Assembly: GCA_963809325.1 (NCBI GenBank)
Contig: CAWEIZ010000002.1
Coordinates: 609,745 to 673,744 of the forward strand
Length of the DNA: 64,000 nt
Direction: 5' to 3'
From: an uncultured Actinomycetes bacterium
GTDB lineage: Bacteria > Actinomycetota > Thermoleophilia > Gaiellales > JAICJC01
Shown here: one piece after another, positions 1 to 9,438 of the stretch
How positions within the stretch are numbered: the stretch's first letter is position 1
Layout: every line of letters begins with the position of its first letter
Position numbers and translations under genes: made by a program
The notes under the pieces: model-generated
What the model was told of the DNA's origin: nothing
What the model saw: the letters and a program-made list of their open reading frames with translations, nothing else
Database searches by the model: none

Positions 1-2
1 CC

Positions 3-143
3 GTCCACGACGAGCCGCAGATGCCCTTCGGCGGTGTCAAGGACAGCGGCTGGGGCCGGTTCGGCGGGACGTTCGCGATGGACGAGTTCACCGAGCTCAA
101 GTGGGTCACGGTGCAGAGCGGCACGAGGCCGTTCCCGTTCTGA
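3..143 (+). CDS. aldehyde dehydrogenase family protein, C-terminal fragment (5' end outside window)
   Basis: Reads ...VHDEPQMPFGGVKDSGWGRFGGTFAMDEFTELKWVTVQ..., a typical ALDH C-terminus; stop TGA 141-143. Confidence 0.6.
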   Translation, partial: VHDEPQMPFGGVKDSGWGRFGGTFAMDEFTELKWVTVQSGTRPFPF

Positions 144-161
144 TGGCCCGCAGGGACGCCG

Positions 162-1017
162 ATGGCTGAGGTCGTCTCGCTCTCGGAGGCGGTGGCGGAG
201 CTCGTCCACGACGGCGACACGGTCGCCCTCGAGGGGTTCACGCACCTGATCCCGCACGCCGCCGGCCACGAGCTGATCCGCCGAGGGCGTGCGCGATCTC
301 ACCCTCGTGCGCCTCACGCCCGATGTGATCTACGACCAGATGATCGGGTCGGGGTGCGCCTCGCGGCTCATCTTCTCGTGGGGCGGCAACCCGGGCGTGG
401 GGTCGCTGCACCGGTTCCGCGACGCCGTCGAGCACGGGTGGCCGGTGCCGCTCGCGATCGAGGAGCACTCGCACGCGGGCATGGCGGCCGCCTACGCCGC
501 CGGCGCGGCCAACCTCCCCTTCGGCGTTCTGCGCGGCTACGCGGGCACCGACCTCCCCGCCCACACGGCGTCGGCGTCCTGGATCGACTGCCCGTTCACG
601 GGCGAGCGGCTGGCGGCCGTCCGGGCGCTCCGCCCGGACGTCGGCATCATCCACGCGCAGCGCGCGGACGCCGCGGGCAACGTCCAGCTCTGGGGGATCA
701 GCGGCGTCCAGAAGGAGGCGGTGCTCGCGTCGGCGCGATCGATCGTGACCGTCGAGGAGATCGTCCCCGAGCTCACGCCCATGCACGGCGCCGTCATCCT
801 GCCGGGCTGGGCGGTGACCGCGGTCGCCGTCGCGCCAGGCGGCGCGCACCCCTCCTACGCCCACGGCTACTACGACCGCGACAACGGCTTCTACCAGCGC
901 TGGGACGCGATCAGCCGGGATCGCGACCGGTTCCAGGCGTGGATCACGAGGCACGTGCTCGAGACGGCCGGCGTCGAGGAGTACCGCGCGAGCCTCGTGG
1001 AGGCGGCCACCGCATGA
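162..1017 (+). pseudogene. pcaI: CoA-transferase subunit A (glutaconate-CoA-transferase-like; probable 3-oxoadipate CoA-transferase by context), +1 frameshift near 285-289 as assembled
   Basis: N-terminus MAEVVSLSEAVAELVHDGDTVALEGFTHLIPHAAGHELIRRG lies in the frame of 162. The rest (VRDLTLVRLTPDV...HSHAGMAAAYAAGAANLPF...) lies in the frame of 289. The junction is at a GGG run. Stop overlaps the pcaJ start (ATGA). Confidence 0.65.
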
Positions 1018-1784
1018 CCGGGAACGGCTACACCTCGGCCGAGATGATGGCTGTGGCCGCCGCCCGCCGCCTCGCGGACGGCACCGTCTGCTTCGTCGGG
1101 ATCGGCCTCCCGAGCCGGGCGGCCAACCTCGCCCGCGCGACGCACGCCCCGAAGTGCGTGCTGATCTACGAGAGCGGCACGATCGGTGCCAAGCCCCGCC
1201 ACCTTCCGCTCTCGATCGGCGACGGCGAGCTGGCCGAGACCGCCGACGCGGTCGTGTCGGTCCCCGAGATCTTCGGCTACTGGCTGCAGGGCGGGCGGAT
1301 CGACGTGGGATTCCTGAGCGCCGCCCAGATCGACCGCTTCGGGAATCTCAACAGCACCGTGATCGGCGACTACTCGGCCCCGAAGGTGCGGCTGCCCGGC
1401 GGCGGCGGCGCGCCCGAGATCGCGGCGTCGTGCCGGGAGACGCTCGTGATGCTCCAGCACTCGCGGCGCGCATTCGTCGAGCGGATCGACTTCGTGACGA
1501 CGGTCGGCTACGGCGACGGGCCGGGTGCGCGCGAGCGGTACGGCCTCACCGGCCGCGGGGTGACGGCCGTGATCACCGACCTGTGCGTCCTCGAGCCCGA
1601 TCCCGCGACGTGCGAGCTCACGCTCACCGCCCTTCACCCCGGCGTGAGCGCGGACGACGTCCGCGGGGCGACCGGATGGCCGCTGCGGGTCGCCGAGCAC
1701 GTCGAGGTGGGGGCACCGCCGAGCGCAGAGGAGCTCGCGGCCCTCCGCGCCCTGAAGACGGTCGACGGAGGGAACGGAGGATGA
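1014..1784 (+). CDS. pcaJ: CoA-transferase subunit B (probable 3-oxoadipate CoA-transferase beta)
   Basis: MTGNGYTSAEMMAVAAARRLADGTVCFVGIGLPS...ESG...RFGNLNST; ATGA overlaps on both sides. Confidence 0.7.
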   Translation: MTGNGYTSAEMMAVAAARRLADGTVCFVGIGLPSRAANLARATHAPKCVLIYESGTIGAKPRHLPLSIGDGELAETADAVVSVPEIFGYWLQGGRIDVGFLSAAQIDRFGNLNSTVIGDYSAPKVRLPGGGGAPEIAASCRETLVMLQHSRRAFVERIDFVTTVGYGDGPGARERYGLTGRGVTAVITDLCVLEPDPATCELTLTALHPGVSADDVRGATGWPLRVAEHVEVGAPPSAEELAALRALKTVDGGNGG

Positions 1785-2494
1785 GCGGAGGACGGCTCAT
1801 CCGCGTCGACGACTCCGATCACGGCGGCCGCGACCCTCGCTATCTCTCCCCGGACTACCGCTCGAGCGTGAAGCGGGCTCCGGCGGGGCCGCTCGTCCTC
1901 TTGCCCGAGGCCCTCGCGGACACGACCGGGCCGGCCTTCGGCGACGGGCAGGTGTCCGAGGCCGAGGCCGACCTCACGGCGCAGCACGACGGCGAGCCGC
2001 TCGGCGAGCGCATCATCGTCACGGGCCGCGTCCTGGGATCGGACGGCAGGCCCGTCCCGGGGACCCTGGTGGAGGTCTGGCAGGCCAACTCCGCGGGCCG
2101 CTACCGGCACCAGAACGACCAGCATCCGGCGCCGCTCGACCCGAACTTCACCGGGGCGGGCCGGTGCCTCACCGATGCGGACGGCCGGTACCGGTTCGTC
2201 ACCGTGAAGCCCGGCGCCTACCCCTGGCGGAACCACCCGAACGCGTGGCGGCCGTCGCACATCCACCTCTCGGTCTTCGGCCGCGCGTTCACGGACCGGC
2301 TCGTGACGCAGATGTATTTTCCGGGCGATCCGCTGTTCGACTCCGACCCCATCTTCCAGTCCGTCCGCGATCCGGCGGCGCGCATGCGGATGGTGAGCGC
2401 GTTCGACTGGGAGACGACGATGCCCGAGTGGGCGCTCGGGTACCGGTTCGACGTCGTCCTCGGCGGCCGCCACGGCACGCCCATGGAGGAGTGA
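1781..2494 (+). CDS. pcaH: protocatechuate 3,4-dioxygenase beta subunit
   Basis: VEVWQANSAGRYRHQNDQHPAPLDPNFTGAGRCLTDADGRYRFVTVKPGAYPWRNHPNAWRPSHIHLSVFG, the hallmark intradiol dioxygenase sequence. Confidence 0.9.
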   Translation: MSGGRLIRVDDSDHGGRDPRYLSPDYRSSVKRAPAGPLVLLPEALADTTGPAFGDGQVSEAEADLTAQHDGEPLGERIIVTGRVLGSDGRPVPGTLVEVWQANSAGRYRHQNDQHPAPLDPNFTGAGRCLTDADGRYRFVTVKPGAYPWRNHPNAWRPSHIHLSVFGRAFTDRLVTQMYFPGDPLFDSDPIFQSVRDPAARMRMVSAFDWETTMPEWALGYRFDVVLGGRHGTPMEE

Positions 2495-2498
2495 GCAG

Positions 2499-2987
2499 GT
2501 GACCGACCTGACACCGTCCCAGACGGTCGGGCCGTTCTTCTCGATCGGCCTCTGCACGCGGCCGCAGCACGAGCTCGTCCCCGCGTCGGCCGAGGGCGCC
2601 CTCGCGATCTCGGGCCGCGTCCTGGACGGCGACGGAGATCCCGTGCCCGATGCCGTCGTCGAGGCCTGGGACCGCTCCGGGGCGCGGTGGGGCCGCTGCG
2701 GCACGGATCCGGACGGCGGCTACCGGCTGGTCTCGGCCCGGCCCGGGCCGGGTCTGGATGCCGAGGCGCCGCACCTTGCGCTGCTCGTCTTCGCGCGCGG
2801 GCTCCTGAAGCCGGTGCTGACGCGCATGTACCTCCCAGACGAGGAGCGGGCGAACGCCGCCGACCCGGTGCTCTCGGCGCTTGATCCCGACGAGCGCGCG
2901 ACGCTCGTCGCGCATCGGGACGGGGACGGCCTGCGGTTCGACATCCGCCTGCAGGGTGACGGGCAGACCACGTTCTTCGCCCTGTGA
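2499..2987 (+). CDS. pcaG: protocatechuate 3,4-dioxygenase alpha subunit
   Basis: MTDLTPSQTVGPFFSIGL...GRVLDGDGDPVPDAVVEAW...PHLALLVFARGLL; GTG start 5 nt after pcaH. Confidence 0.85.
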   Translation: MTDLTPSQTVGPFFSIGLCTRPQHELVPASAEGALAISGRVLDGDGDPVPDAVVEAWDRSGARWGRCGTDPDGGYRLVSARPGPGLDAEAPHLALLVFARGLLKPVLTRMYLPDEERANAADPVLSALDPDERATLVAHRDGDGLRFDIRLQGDGQTTFFAL

Positions 2988-4300
2988 GCGGCTTTCAGGC
3001 CATCCTGGTGCCCAACGACCTGCGCGACGCCGTCTCGGACGGGGCCTGGCTCGCGGCGCTGCTCGAGGCGGAACGGGCGCTCGCGAACGCGGAGGCGATC
3101 GCCGGAGCGATCCCCGCCCATGTCGCCGCCGCGATCGCCGACCGCTGCCGCCCCGAGCTCTTCGACGCAGCCGGGCTCGCCGAGGCGGGCCGTGCCGCCG
3201 CGAACCCCGTCGAGCCGCTCGTCCGCGAGCTCGTCGCGGCGGTCGGCGGGGAGGCGGCCGCCTTCGTCCACTGGGGGGCGACGAGCCAGGACATCATGGA
3301 CTCGGCCGCGATGCTCGTCTCGAAGCGGGCGCTCGGACTCGTCTGCGGCCGGCTCGACGCTGCCGCCGCCCGCTGTGCAGAGCTGGCGCACACGCACCGA
3401 TCGACGGCGATGGCCGGGCGGACGCTCCTCCAGCAGGCCGTCCCGACGACGTTCGGGCTGAAGTGCGCCGTCTGGCTGGTCGCGCTGATGGACGCCCTCG
3501 ACGGCCTCGAGCGGATCCGCCGCGACCGCCTCGCGGCCCAGCTGGGGGGTGCCGCGGGAACGCTCGCAACGCTCGGCGACGGGGGTCTCGAGGTGGCGCG
3601 CCTCTACGCGCACGAGCTCGACCTGGCCGAGGCGCAGGTGCCGTGGCACGCCGACCGGCAGCGGGTCGCCGAGCTGGGCGCCGCGCTGGCGTCGGCGGCC
3701 GGAGTCGCCGGCAAGATCGCGGGCGACATCGTGCTGCTCTCGCAGACCGAGGTGGGGGAGGTGGCCGAGGGCGCCGGCGGGGCGTCCTCGACGATGCCCC
3801 AGAAGCGAAACCCGGTCGCGTCGGTGCGGGCGATCGCCTGCGCCCGCCAGGCGCGCGGGCATGCCTCGGTCCTGCTCGCGGCCCTCGACGGCGAGCACGA
3901 GCGCGCGGCGGGGGCGTGGCAGTCGGAGTGGGCCGCGCTCTCGGGAGCGCTCGCCTGCGCCGGGGGCGCGGCGGCGAACATCGCCGAGGCGCTCGCAGGC
4001 CTTCAGGTCGACGCCGAGCGGATGCGCCAGAACCTCGACGCGGCCGGGGGGCTCGTGCTCGCCGAGCGGGTCTCGCAGCTGCTCGCTCCGAAGCTCGGCC
4101 GGGCGGAGGCGCACGAGGTCGTCGCGACCGCCGCGGCGACGGGCTCGTTCCGGTGGGCGCTGGTCGCGGACGAGCGGGTGGGGCTGGGGGCCGACGAGGT
4201 CGACGCCCTGCTCGACCCGGACGCCTACCTGGGCTCCGCCGGGGCCATGATCGACCGCGCGCTCGCCCGGCACGCGGAACGGAACGGAGGCAGAACGTGA
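2984..4300 (+). CDS. pcaB: 3-carboxy-cis,cis-muconate cycloisomerase
   Basis: Fumarate-lyase superfamily motifs (VHWGATSQDIMDSA, GASSTMPQKRNP) inside the pca cluster. Confidence 0.85.
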   Translation: MSGFQAILVPNDLRDAVSDGAWLAALLEAERALANAEAIAGAIPAHVAAAIADRCRPELFDAAGLAEAGRAAANPVEPLVRELVAAVGGEAAAFVHWGATSQDIMDSAAMLVSKRALGLVCGRLDAAAARCAELAHTHRSTAMAGRTLLQQAVPTTFGLKCAVWLVALMDALDGLERIRRDRLAAQLGGAAGTLATLGDGGLEVARLYAHELDLAEAQVPWHADRQRVAELGAALASAAGVAGKIAGDIVLLSQTEVGEVAEGAGGASSTMPQKRNPVASVRAIACARQARGHASVLLAALDGEHERAAGAWQSEWAALSGALACAGGAAANIAEALAGLQVDAERMRQNLDAAGGLVLAERVSQLLAPKLGRAEAHEVVATAAATGSFRWALVADERVGLGADEVDALLDPDAYLGSAGAMIDRALARHAERNGGRT

Positions 4301-5058
4301 GAGTGCACCATCGGATCGACGGCGCGGGGCCGCCGCTCGTGCTCGTGAACTCGCTCGGGACGGCGCTCGATCTGTGGGAGCCGCAGGTCGGGCCCCTGGC
4401 GGCTCGGTTCCGGCTCGTCCGCTACGACCAGCGCGGGCACGGGGGCACGCCTGCGCCGGAGGGGCCGTACACCATCGCGGAGCTGGCGGGCGACGCACTC
4501 GAGCTGCTCGACCGGCTCGGGCTCGAGCGGGTGTCGGTGTGCGGGCTCTCGATCGGCGGCGCGGTCGCCACGTGGATCGCCGCCAACGCGCCCGAGCGCG
4601 TGGATCGGCTCGTGATCGCATCCGCCGGCAACCGGTTCGCCACGCCCGAGATGTGGCGCGAGCGGGCGGCGGCCGTCCGCGCCGGCGGCACGGAGGCCGT
4701 GGTCGACGCGGTGCTCGACCGGTGGTTCACCCCCGCGTTCGCGGCGGCCAGGCCCGACGTGGTCGCAGCGTTCCGGACCGCGTTCTGCGCCGTCCACCGC
4801 GAGGGGTACGCCGGCTGCTGCGAGGCGCTCGAGGAGTGGGACGCGACCGCCCACCTGGGCCGGATCCGCGCGCCGGCGCTCGTGCTCTCGGGGTCGGAGG
4901 ACACGGTCGCCCCGCCCGAGAACGGGCGGGCCATGGCCGACGGCATCGCCGGGGCGCGCGTCGTCGTCCTCGAGGACTGCGCCCACCTCGCGAGCGCCGG
5001 GCAGCCGGCCGCCTTCACCCGGGCGGTGCTCGAGCACCTGGCCGGAGATGCCCGATGA
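4297..5058 (+). CDS. pcaD: 3-oxoadipate enol-lactonase (alpha/beta hydrolase)
   Basis: PPLVLVNSLGTALDLWEPQ...VCGLSIGG...SGSEDTVAPP; GTGA overlap with pcaB. Start could be GTG 4297 or 4303. Confidence 0.8.
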   Translation: MRVHHRIDGAGPPLVLVNSLGTALDLWEPQVGPLAARFRLVRYDQRGHGGTPAPEGPYTIAELAGDALELLDRLGLERVSVCGLSIGGAVATWIAANAPERVDRLVIASAGNRFATPEMWRERAAAVRAGGTEAVVDAVLDRWFTPAFAAARPDVVAAFRTAFCAVHREGYAGCCEALEEWDATAHLGRIRAPALVLSGSEDTVAPPENGRAMADGIAGARVVVLEDCAHLASAGQPAAFTRAVLEHLAGDAR

Positions 5059-5435
5059 GCGATTCGGCCCACGAGCGCGGCATGGAGGTGCGCCGCGAGG
5101 TCCTGGGCGACGAGCATGTCGACGCCGCAACCGCGCGGGCCACCGATCTCACCCGCGAGTTCCAGGAGCTCATCACCCGGTACGCCTGGGGTGAGATCTG
5201 GACGCGGCCGGGGCTCGACCGGCGCACGCGCAGCTGCATCACGATCGCTGCGATGGTGGCCCTGAACCGCGAGCACGAGCTCGAGCTGCACATCCGCGCG
5301 GGGCGGCGGAACGGCCTCGAATGGGACGAGATCAAGGAGGTGCTGCTCCAGAGCGCGATCTACTGCGGCGTCCCCGCGGCGAACGCGGCGTTCGCGGTCG
5401 CACAGCGCGTGATGGACGCCGAGGCCGGGGGCTGA
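5055..5435 (+). CDS. pcaC: 4-carboxymuconolactone decarboxylase
   Basis: GMEVRREVLGDEHVD...YAWGEIWTRPGLDRRTRSCITIAAMVALNREHELELHIRAGRRNG; ATGA overlap. Confidence 0.85.
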   Translation: MSDSAHERGMEVRREVLGDEHVDAATARATDLTREFQELITRYAWGEIWTRPGLDRRTRSCITIAAMVALNREHELELHIRAGRRNGLEWDEIKEVLLQSAIYCGVPAANAAFAVAQRVMDAEAGG

Positions 5436-6610
5436 TGCGCACACAGGTGGGGATCGTCGGCGCCGGGCCCGCCGGGCTGACCCTCGCCCAGCTCCTGCGC
5501 GCCGAGGGGATCGAGTCGGTCGTGCTCGAGTCGCGGAGCCGCGACCACGTCGAGCACCGCATCCGGGCCGGCGTTCTCGAGCAGGGCACGGTGGACACGC
5601 TGGCCGGTGCCGGCGCAGGCGAGCGGCTGGCCCGCGAGGGCATCGTCCACCACGGGATCGGCCTCCAGTTCGACGGCGAGCGGCACCGCATCCCCCTGAG
5701 CGAGCTGACCGGCCGGGCGTCGATCGTGATCTACGGCCAGACCGAGATCGTGAAGGACCTGATCCGGATCCGCCTCGACGCCGGCGAGCCGCTCCTCTTT
5801 GAGGTGGGCGGCGTCGCGGTGCACGACATCGAGACCGACCGGCCCCGGATCACGTTCGAGCACGAGGGCCGGGCGCACGAGCTGGAGTGCGATCTGGTCG
5901 CCGGCTGCGACGGCTTCCACGGCGTGTGCCGCGAGACGATCCCGGCGGGCGTCCTGCGCGGGTTCTCGCGCGAGTATCCGTACGGCTGGCTGGGGATCCT
6001 GGCGGACGTCGCGCCGTCGCACGACGAGGTGCTCTACTGCAACACCGACCGCGGGTTCGCGCTTCTCAGCCTGCGCTCGCCCGAGATCAGCCGGCTCTAC
6101 CTCCAGTGCCGGCCGGACGAGGATCTCGGCGGGTGGCCCGACGAGCGGATCTGGGACGAGCTCGAGGCACGGCTCGGGATCCCGGGCTGGACGCTCCACC
6201 GGGGGCCGATCCTCGAGAAGGGCGTCACGGGGATGCGGAGCTTCGTGGTCGAGCCGATGCGGCACGGCCGCCTGTTCCTGGCCGGCGACGCCGCCCACAT
6301 CGTCCCGCCGACCGGCGCCAAGGGCCTGAACCTCGCGATCTCGGACGTCACGCTCCTGGCCGAGGCGATCGCCGACCGGCACCGCACGGGGCGCACGACG
6401 CTGCTCGACGCCTACTCGGACGCGTGCCTGCGGAGGGTCTGGCGCGCCGAGCACTTCTCGTGGTGGATGACCTCGATGCTGCACCGGCCGCCCGATGCCG
6501 ACCCGTTCGACGTCCAGCTCCAGCGTGCGCAGCTTGGCTACGTGGTGCGGTCGGCGGCGGCGGCGAGGACGCTGGCCGAGAACTACGTCGGGCTGGCAGG
6601 CCGTCTGTGA
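5435..6610 (+). CDS. pobA: 4-hydroxybenzoate 3-monooxygenase
   Basis: MRTQVGIVGAGPAGLTLAQLL...DLVAGCDGFHGVCR...FLAGDAAHIVPPTGAKGLNLA. Confidence 0.9.
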   Translation: MRTQVGIVGAGPAGLTLAQLLRAEGIESVVLESRSRDHVEHRIRAGVLEQGTVDTLAGAGAGERLAREGIVHHGIGLQFDGERHRIPLSELTGRASIVIYGQTEIVKDLIRIRLDAGEPLLFEVGGVAVHDIETDRPRITFEHEGRAHELECDLVAGCDGFHGVCRETIPAGVLRGFSREYPYGWLGILADVAPSHDEVLYCNTDRGFALLSLRSPEISRLYLQCRPDEDLGGWPDERIWDELEARLGIPGWTLHRGPILEKGVTGMRSFVVEPMRHGRLFLAGDAAHIVPPTGAKGLNLAISDVTLLAEAIADRHRTGRTTLLDAYSDACLRRVWRAEHFSWWMTSMLHRPPDADPFDVQLQRAQLGYVVRSAAAARTLAENYVGLAGRL

Positions 6611-6665
6611 CCGGCCTCACACGGCGACCGCGACCTGCCCATGCGAGTCTGATAGCGTGGCTGCG

Positions 6666-6982
6666 ATGACGATTGACGCTCAGTCTCCGGGCGTCCCGCG
6701 GTGGTTGGTGGTTGCGGCTGAGTGCGCCTTCTTCGCGGTCATCGCGGCCGTGTCATCGTCGGTGTGTACGCGATCGCGAATCCCAACGGGATCAACTTCG
6801 GGGCACCGTGGCCCGTGGGATCCGAGATGATCGCCGCCGGCGCAGCGATCGTCCTCGGCCTTGGTATCAGGACTCGGCGACGCGCAGACCAAGCCATGCT
6901 CGGCGTCGGGATCGCGGTCGCGTTGATCGCCCTCGTCCTGCTCGCGCTCGTCGCGTTCGTCTTGAGTTTCAACTCAACCTGA
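6666..6982 (+). CDS. small hydrophobic (about 3 TM) hypothetical protein; the frame appears to switch near 6750, or the gene starts at an internal GTG such as 6722
   Basis: Third-position GC is good in the ATG-6666 frame up to about 6750 and in the frame of 6722 afterwards. Both parts are hydrophobic (WLVVAAECAFFAVIAAV / IVGVYAIA...GVGIAVALIALVLLALVAFVL). Confidence 0.3.
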
Positions 6983-7005
6983 CATCCACACACCGGGAGG
7001 CATGC

Positions 7006-7542
7006 ATGGTTCCAGAGGCTCCGATGGAGGAGGCGCCGGGTGGGAAGAAGCCGGCCGGCGAGGGATGGTTCGTGGTGAACGCCCGAGAGGCACAGTGGAT
7101 CCACAACGAGAAGTTCGGGGCCGGCGTCACGTTCGAGGGTAGTCCCGGGTTCACGCAGTACGGGATCAACATCCAGGTGATGTGGCCGGGACAGCCGAAT
7201 GGCTACTACCACGCCGAGGAGGGTCAGGAGGACTTCCTCGTGCTGAGCGGCGAGTGCCTGCTCCTGATCGAGGGCGAGGAGCGCCGGCTCAAGCCCTGGG
7301 ACTTCGTGCACTGCCCGCCCTGGACGGAGCACATCTTCGTGGGGAGCGGTGACGGGCCGTGCGTGTTCCTCGGCGTCGGCGCTCGCAACGCCGGTGACGG
7401 CCTCGTGTATCCGGTGTCCCAGCTGGCGCTACGCCATGAAGCCGGTGTGACCGAGGAGGCGACCACCGGCGAGGTGGCATATGCCGGTTCGCCCAAGACC
7501 GCTCCCGGCCCACACCCCGAAGGACTGCTCGCCGACCAGTAG
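7006..7542 (+). CDS. cupin domain protein
   Basis: GGGAGG RBS 6995-7000; QPNGYYHAEEGQEDFLVLSGECLLLIEGEERRLKPWDFVHCPPWTEHIFVG. Confidence 0.75.
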   Translation: MVPEAPMEEAPGGKKPAGEGWFVVNAREAQWIHNEKFGAGVTFEGSPGFTQYGINIQVMWPGQPNGYYHAEEGQEDFLVLSGECLLLIEGEERRLKPWDFVHCPPWTEHIFVGSGDGPCVFLGVGARNAGDGLVYPVSQLALRHEAGVTEEATTGEVAYAGSPKTAPGPHPEGLLADQ

Positions 7543-7604
7543 GGCACGGAACACGTACGGCGCGGATCCGTGACCTTGCTGGTGGCGGGGAGTACAATCT
7601 GCGT

Positions 7605-7871
7605 ATGCACCCCGTTGCCGTCCTCGTCGGTAAAGGCGCGACCCCGAAGCAGGCTTCGGCCGTGATCTGGGGCTCGGGGACGTTCGTGGCCGTGACAGCC
7701 GGCCTGTGGTTCGTGGACAAGCCGGCCGCGGTGGCCGTGCTGGTCGTCGCCGCGATCTCGGCCCCACGAGCCCTCCTTTGTCTGGTGGCTCGATGGGGCC
7801 GACCGGGTGTCGGCGCGAGCGCGATCGCTTCTGAGCTCCGTGCGTGGCCGGCGATGCACCGGCCGGCCTGA
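7605..7871 (+). CDS. hypothetical small membrane protein
   Basis: ATG ORF with high third-position GC and two hydrophobic stretches; I recognise no homology. Confidence 0.35.
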   Translation: MHPVAVLVGKGATPKQASAVIWGSGTFVAVTAGLWFVDKPAAVAVLVVAAISAPRALLCLVARWGRPGVGASAIASELRAWPAMHRPA

Positions 7872-7893
7872 TCGCACCGGGCACTCGGCGGCG

Positions 7894-8181
7894 TTACGAC
7901 ACCAGCGTGTCGACGTCGAAGGCCGTCTCCTGCGGGGGCGACGTGAATCCGCCCGGGATGCCCCGCTGCATGTTTGGCAGGAGGGTGCCGTCGCGGAACG
8001 TCTCCCAGCTCTCCTTCGAGTTGTGGACCGCCGTGATCGCCCAGCCCTCCGCGCACGGGCCTGCGGCGTGGAAGATCTGACCGTCGGGCAGGCTGCCGTC
8101 GCTCGGGTGCACCGCGGCGATCGACGCGTCGTACTGCTCCTTCGTACCGCCCGAAAACACGTGCACGATCCCGTACGCCAT
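7894..8181 (-). CDS. conserved hypothetical small protein (about 95 aa)
   Basis: GAGGAG RBS before the ATG; MAYGIVHVFSGGTKEQYDASIAAVHPSDGSLPDGQIFHAAGPCAEGWAITAVHNSKESWETFRDG. Confidence 0.6.
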   Translation of the reverse strand: MAYGIVHVFSGGTKEQYDASIAAVHPSDGSLPDGQIFHAAGPCAEGWAITAVHNSKESWETFRDGTLLPNMQRGIPGGFTSPPQETAFDVDTLVS

Positions 8182-8266
8182 GGTGGTTCTCCTCGCAGTT
8201 GGGTTGGCCCGGCTGGGCCGCATGACGGTACCACTCAGGTCGCCCTCGGGCGGCTAGGCTCTTCCA

Positions 8267-8804
8267 ATGCCAGGTGCACGCGGGCCCGTGCGCGTCTTCA
8301 TCGCGACGTCGCTGGACGGATTCATCGCGGGTCCTGGAGACGACCTGAGCTGGCTCCCGGAGGGCGGGGGCGAGGATCACGGCTACGACGACTTCATGGC
8401 CGAGATCGGCGCGGTTCTGATGGGTCGCACCACGTACGACGTGGTGCTGGGCATGGAGGGCCTGTGGCCGTTCGGCGAGACGCCGGTCTTCATCGCGACC
8501 TCGCGTCCGCTCGATCCGGTCGTGCCCACCGTGCGTGCGGTCACCGGCGAGCCCGAGCAGATGCTCGCCGCGGTGCGCGAGGTGGTCGCGGGCGGCGGTA
8601 TCTACGTCGACGGGGGTGTGCTGATCCGCCAGTTCCTTGCCGCCGGGTTGATCGACGACCTCACCGTGACCATCGTTCCCGTCGTCCTCGGCGCCGGCAC
8701 GCCGCTCTTCGCCGGCCTCCCCGAGCGGCAGGGGCCTGACGCTGATCGGATCGCAGTCGTACGGCAGCGGGCTGGTAACGCTGAAGTACCTCCCGTCGTC
8801 CTGA
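8267..8804 (+). pseudogene. dihydrofolate reductase family protein (RibD C-terminal domain), +1 frameshift at the GGGG run 8731-8734 as assembled
   Basis: VFIATSLDGFIAGPGDDLSWL...VLMGRTTYDV...GGIYVDGGVLIRQFL...VPVVLGAGTPLFAGLPERQ runs in one frame. The family-typical C-terminus LTLIGSQSYGSGLVTLKYLPSS* is in the next frame and stops at 8802-8804. Confidence 0.7.
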
Positions 8805-8838
8805 CGGCCGGCTGTGCGTGGTCTGCACGCCGCGTGGC

Positions 8839-9354
8839 TCAGTGCTGCCGGCGCTCGAACTCGAGCATGACCTTGCGGAGCAGGCCGTTCAGCTGTTTCT
8901 GCTCGCGCGAGCTCAGGGCCGCGGCGAGGAGCAGCTCCTTCTGAGCCTGCACACCGACCGCCTTCTGGACGGTCTCGCGGCCGTGGTCGGTGAGCTCGAC
9001 CACCACGCTGCGGCGGTCCTCCGGGTCGGGTAGACGCCGGATCAGATCGGCCTCCTCGAGCCGGTCGAGCCGGTTCGTCATCGCGCCGCTCGAGAGCTCC
9101 ATCCGCTTCGCCAGCCGGCCGGGCGTGCTGCGGAACGGCGGGCCTGACTGCGACAGGGCGGTGAGCGCCTTGAACTCGGCCGTGTCGAGGCCGACATCGG
9201 CCAGCGTCTCGTCGAGCATCCGGTTGATGCGCCGGTGGATGCCGCCGATACGGTCGACGATGCCCTCCACCTCGAGGTCGAGGTCGGGGAACGCGAGGTG
9301 GATCCGACCCAGGAAGCTGTCGATGTGGTCCTGCTCGTCGGGCGGCGGAGCCAT
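8839..9354 (-). CDS. MarR family transcriptional regulator
   Basis: LDTAEFKALTALSQSGPPFRSTPGRLAKRMELSSGAMTNRLDRLEEADLIRRLPDPEDRRSVVVELTDHG. Start is uncertain (ATG 9354, or an upstream TTG at 9390 inside the palindrome). Confidence 0.8.
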   Translation of the reverse strand: MAPPPDEQDHIDSFLGRIHLAFPDLDLEVEGIVDRIGGIHRRINRMLDETLADVGLDTAEFKALTALSQSGPPFRSTPGRLAKRMELSSGAMTNRLDRLEEADLIRRLPDPEDRRSVVVELTDHGRETVQKAVGVQAQKELLLAAALSSREQKQLNGLLRKVMLEFERRQH

Positions 9355-9376
9355 CTCCACGTAGTTTGACACATTT

Positions 9377-9394
9377 TCTCTTGACGTCAAGAGA
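9377..9394. promoter_or_regulatory. perfect 18-bp palindrome TCTCTTGACGTCAAGAGA in the marR divergent intergenic region (candidate MarR operator)
   Basis: Read directly from the sequence. A second inverted repeat, CTATCT-N8-AGATAG, lies at 9406-9425. Confidence 0.5.
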
Positions 9395-9438
9395 TTCGAC
9401 CGGTACTATCTCGATCTCAAGATAGTTCAGATCGAGAG

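Noticed and set aside
162-1784. A single 540-aa ORF spanning both CoA-transferase subunits.
   Set aside because: Only its first 42 and last 256 residues look like real protein. The middle is out-of-frame read-through. The subunit A body is in the frame of 289, and subunit B starts at ATG 1014.
2720-4621. Very long ORFs on the opposite strand or in alternative frames. Examples are 2720-4621(-) at 633 aa, 2881-5058(+), 12397-14355(+), 20689-22383(-), 57292-59877(+) and 60895-62715(-).
   Set aside because: Their translations are Arg/Pro/Gly/Ala-rich and of low complexity, and they overlap genes with clear family signatures. They are shadow ORFs expected in DNA of about 70% GC, where stop codons are rare.
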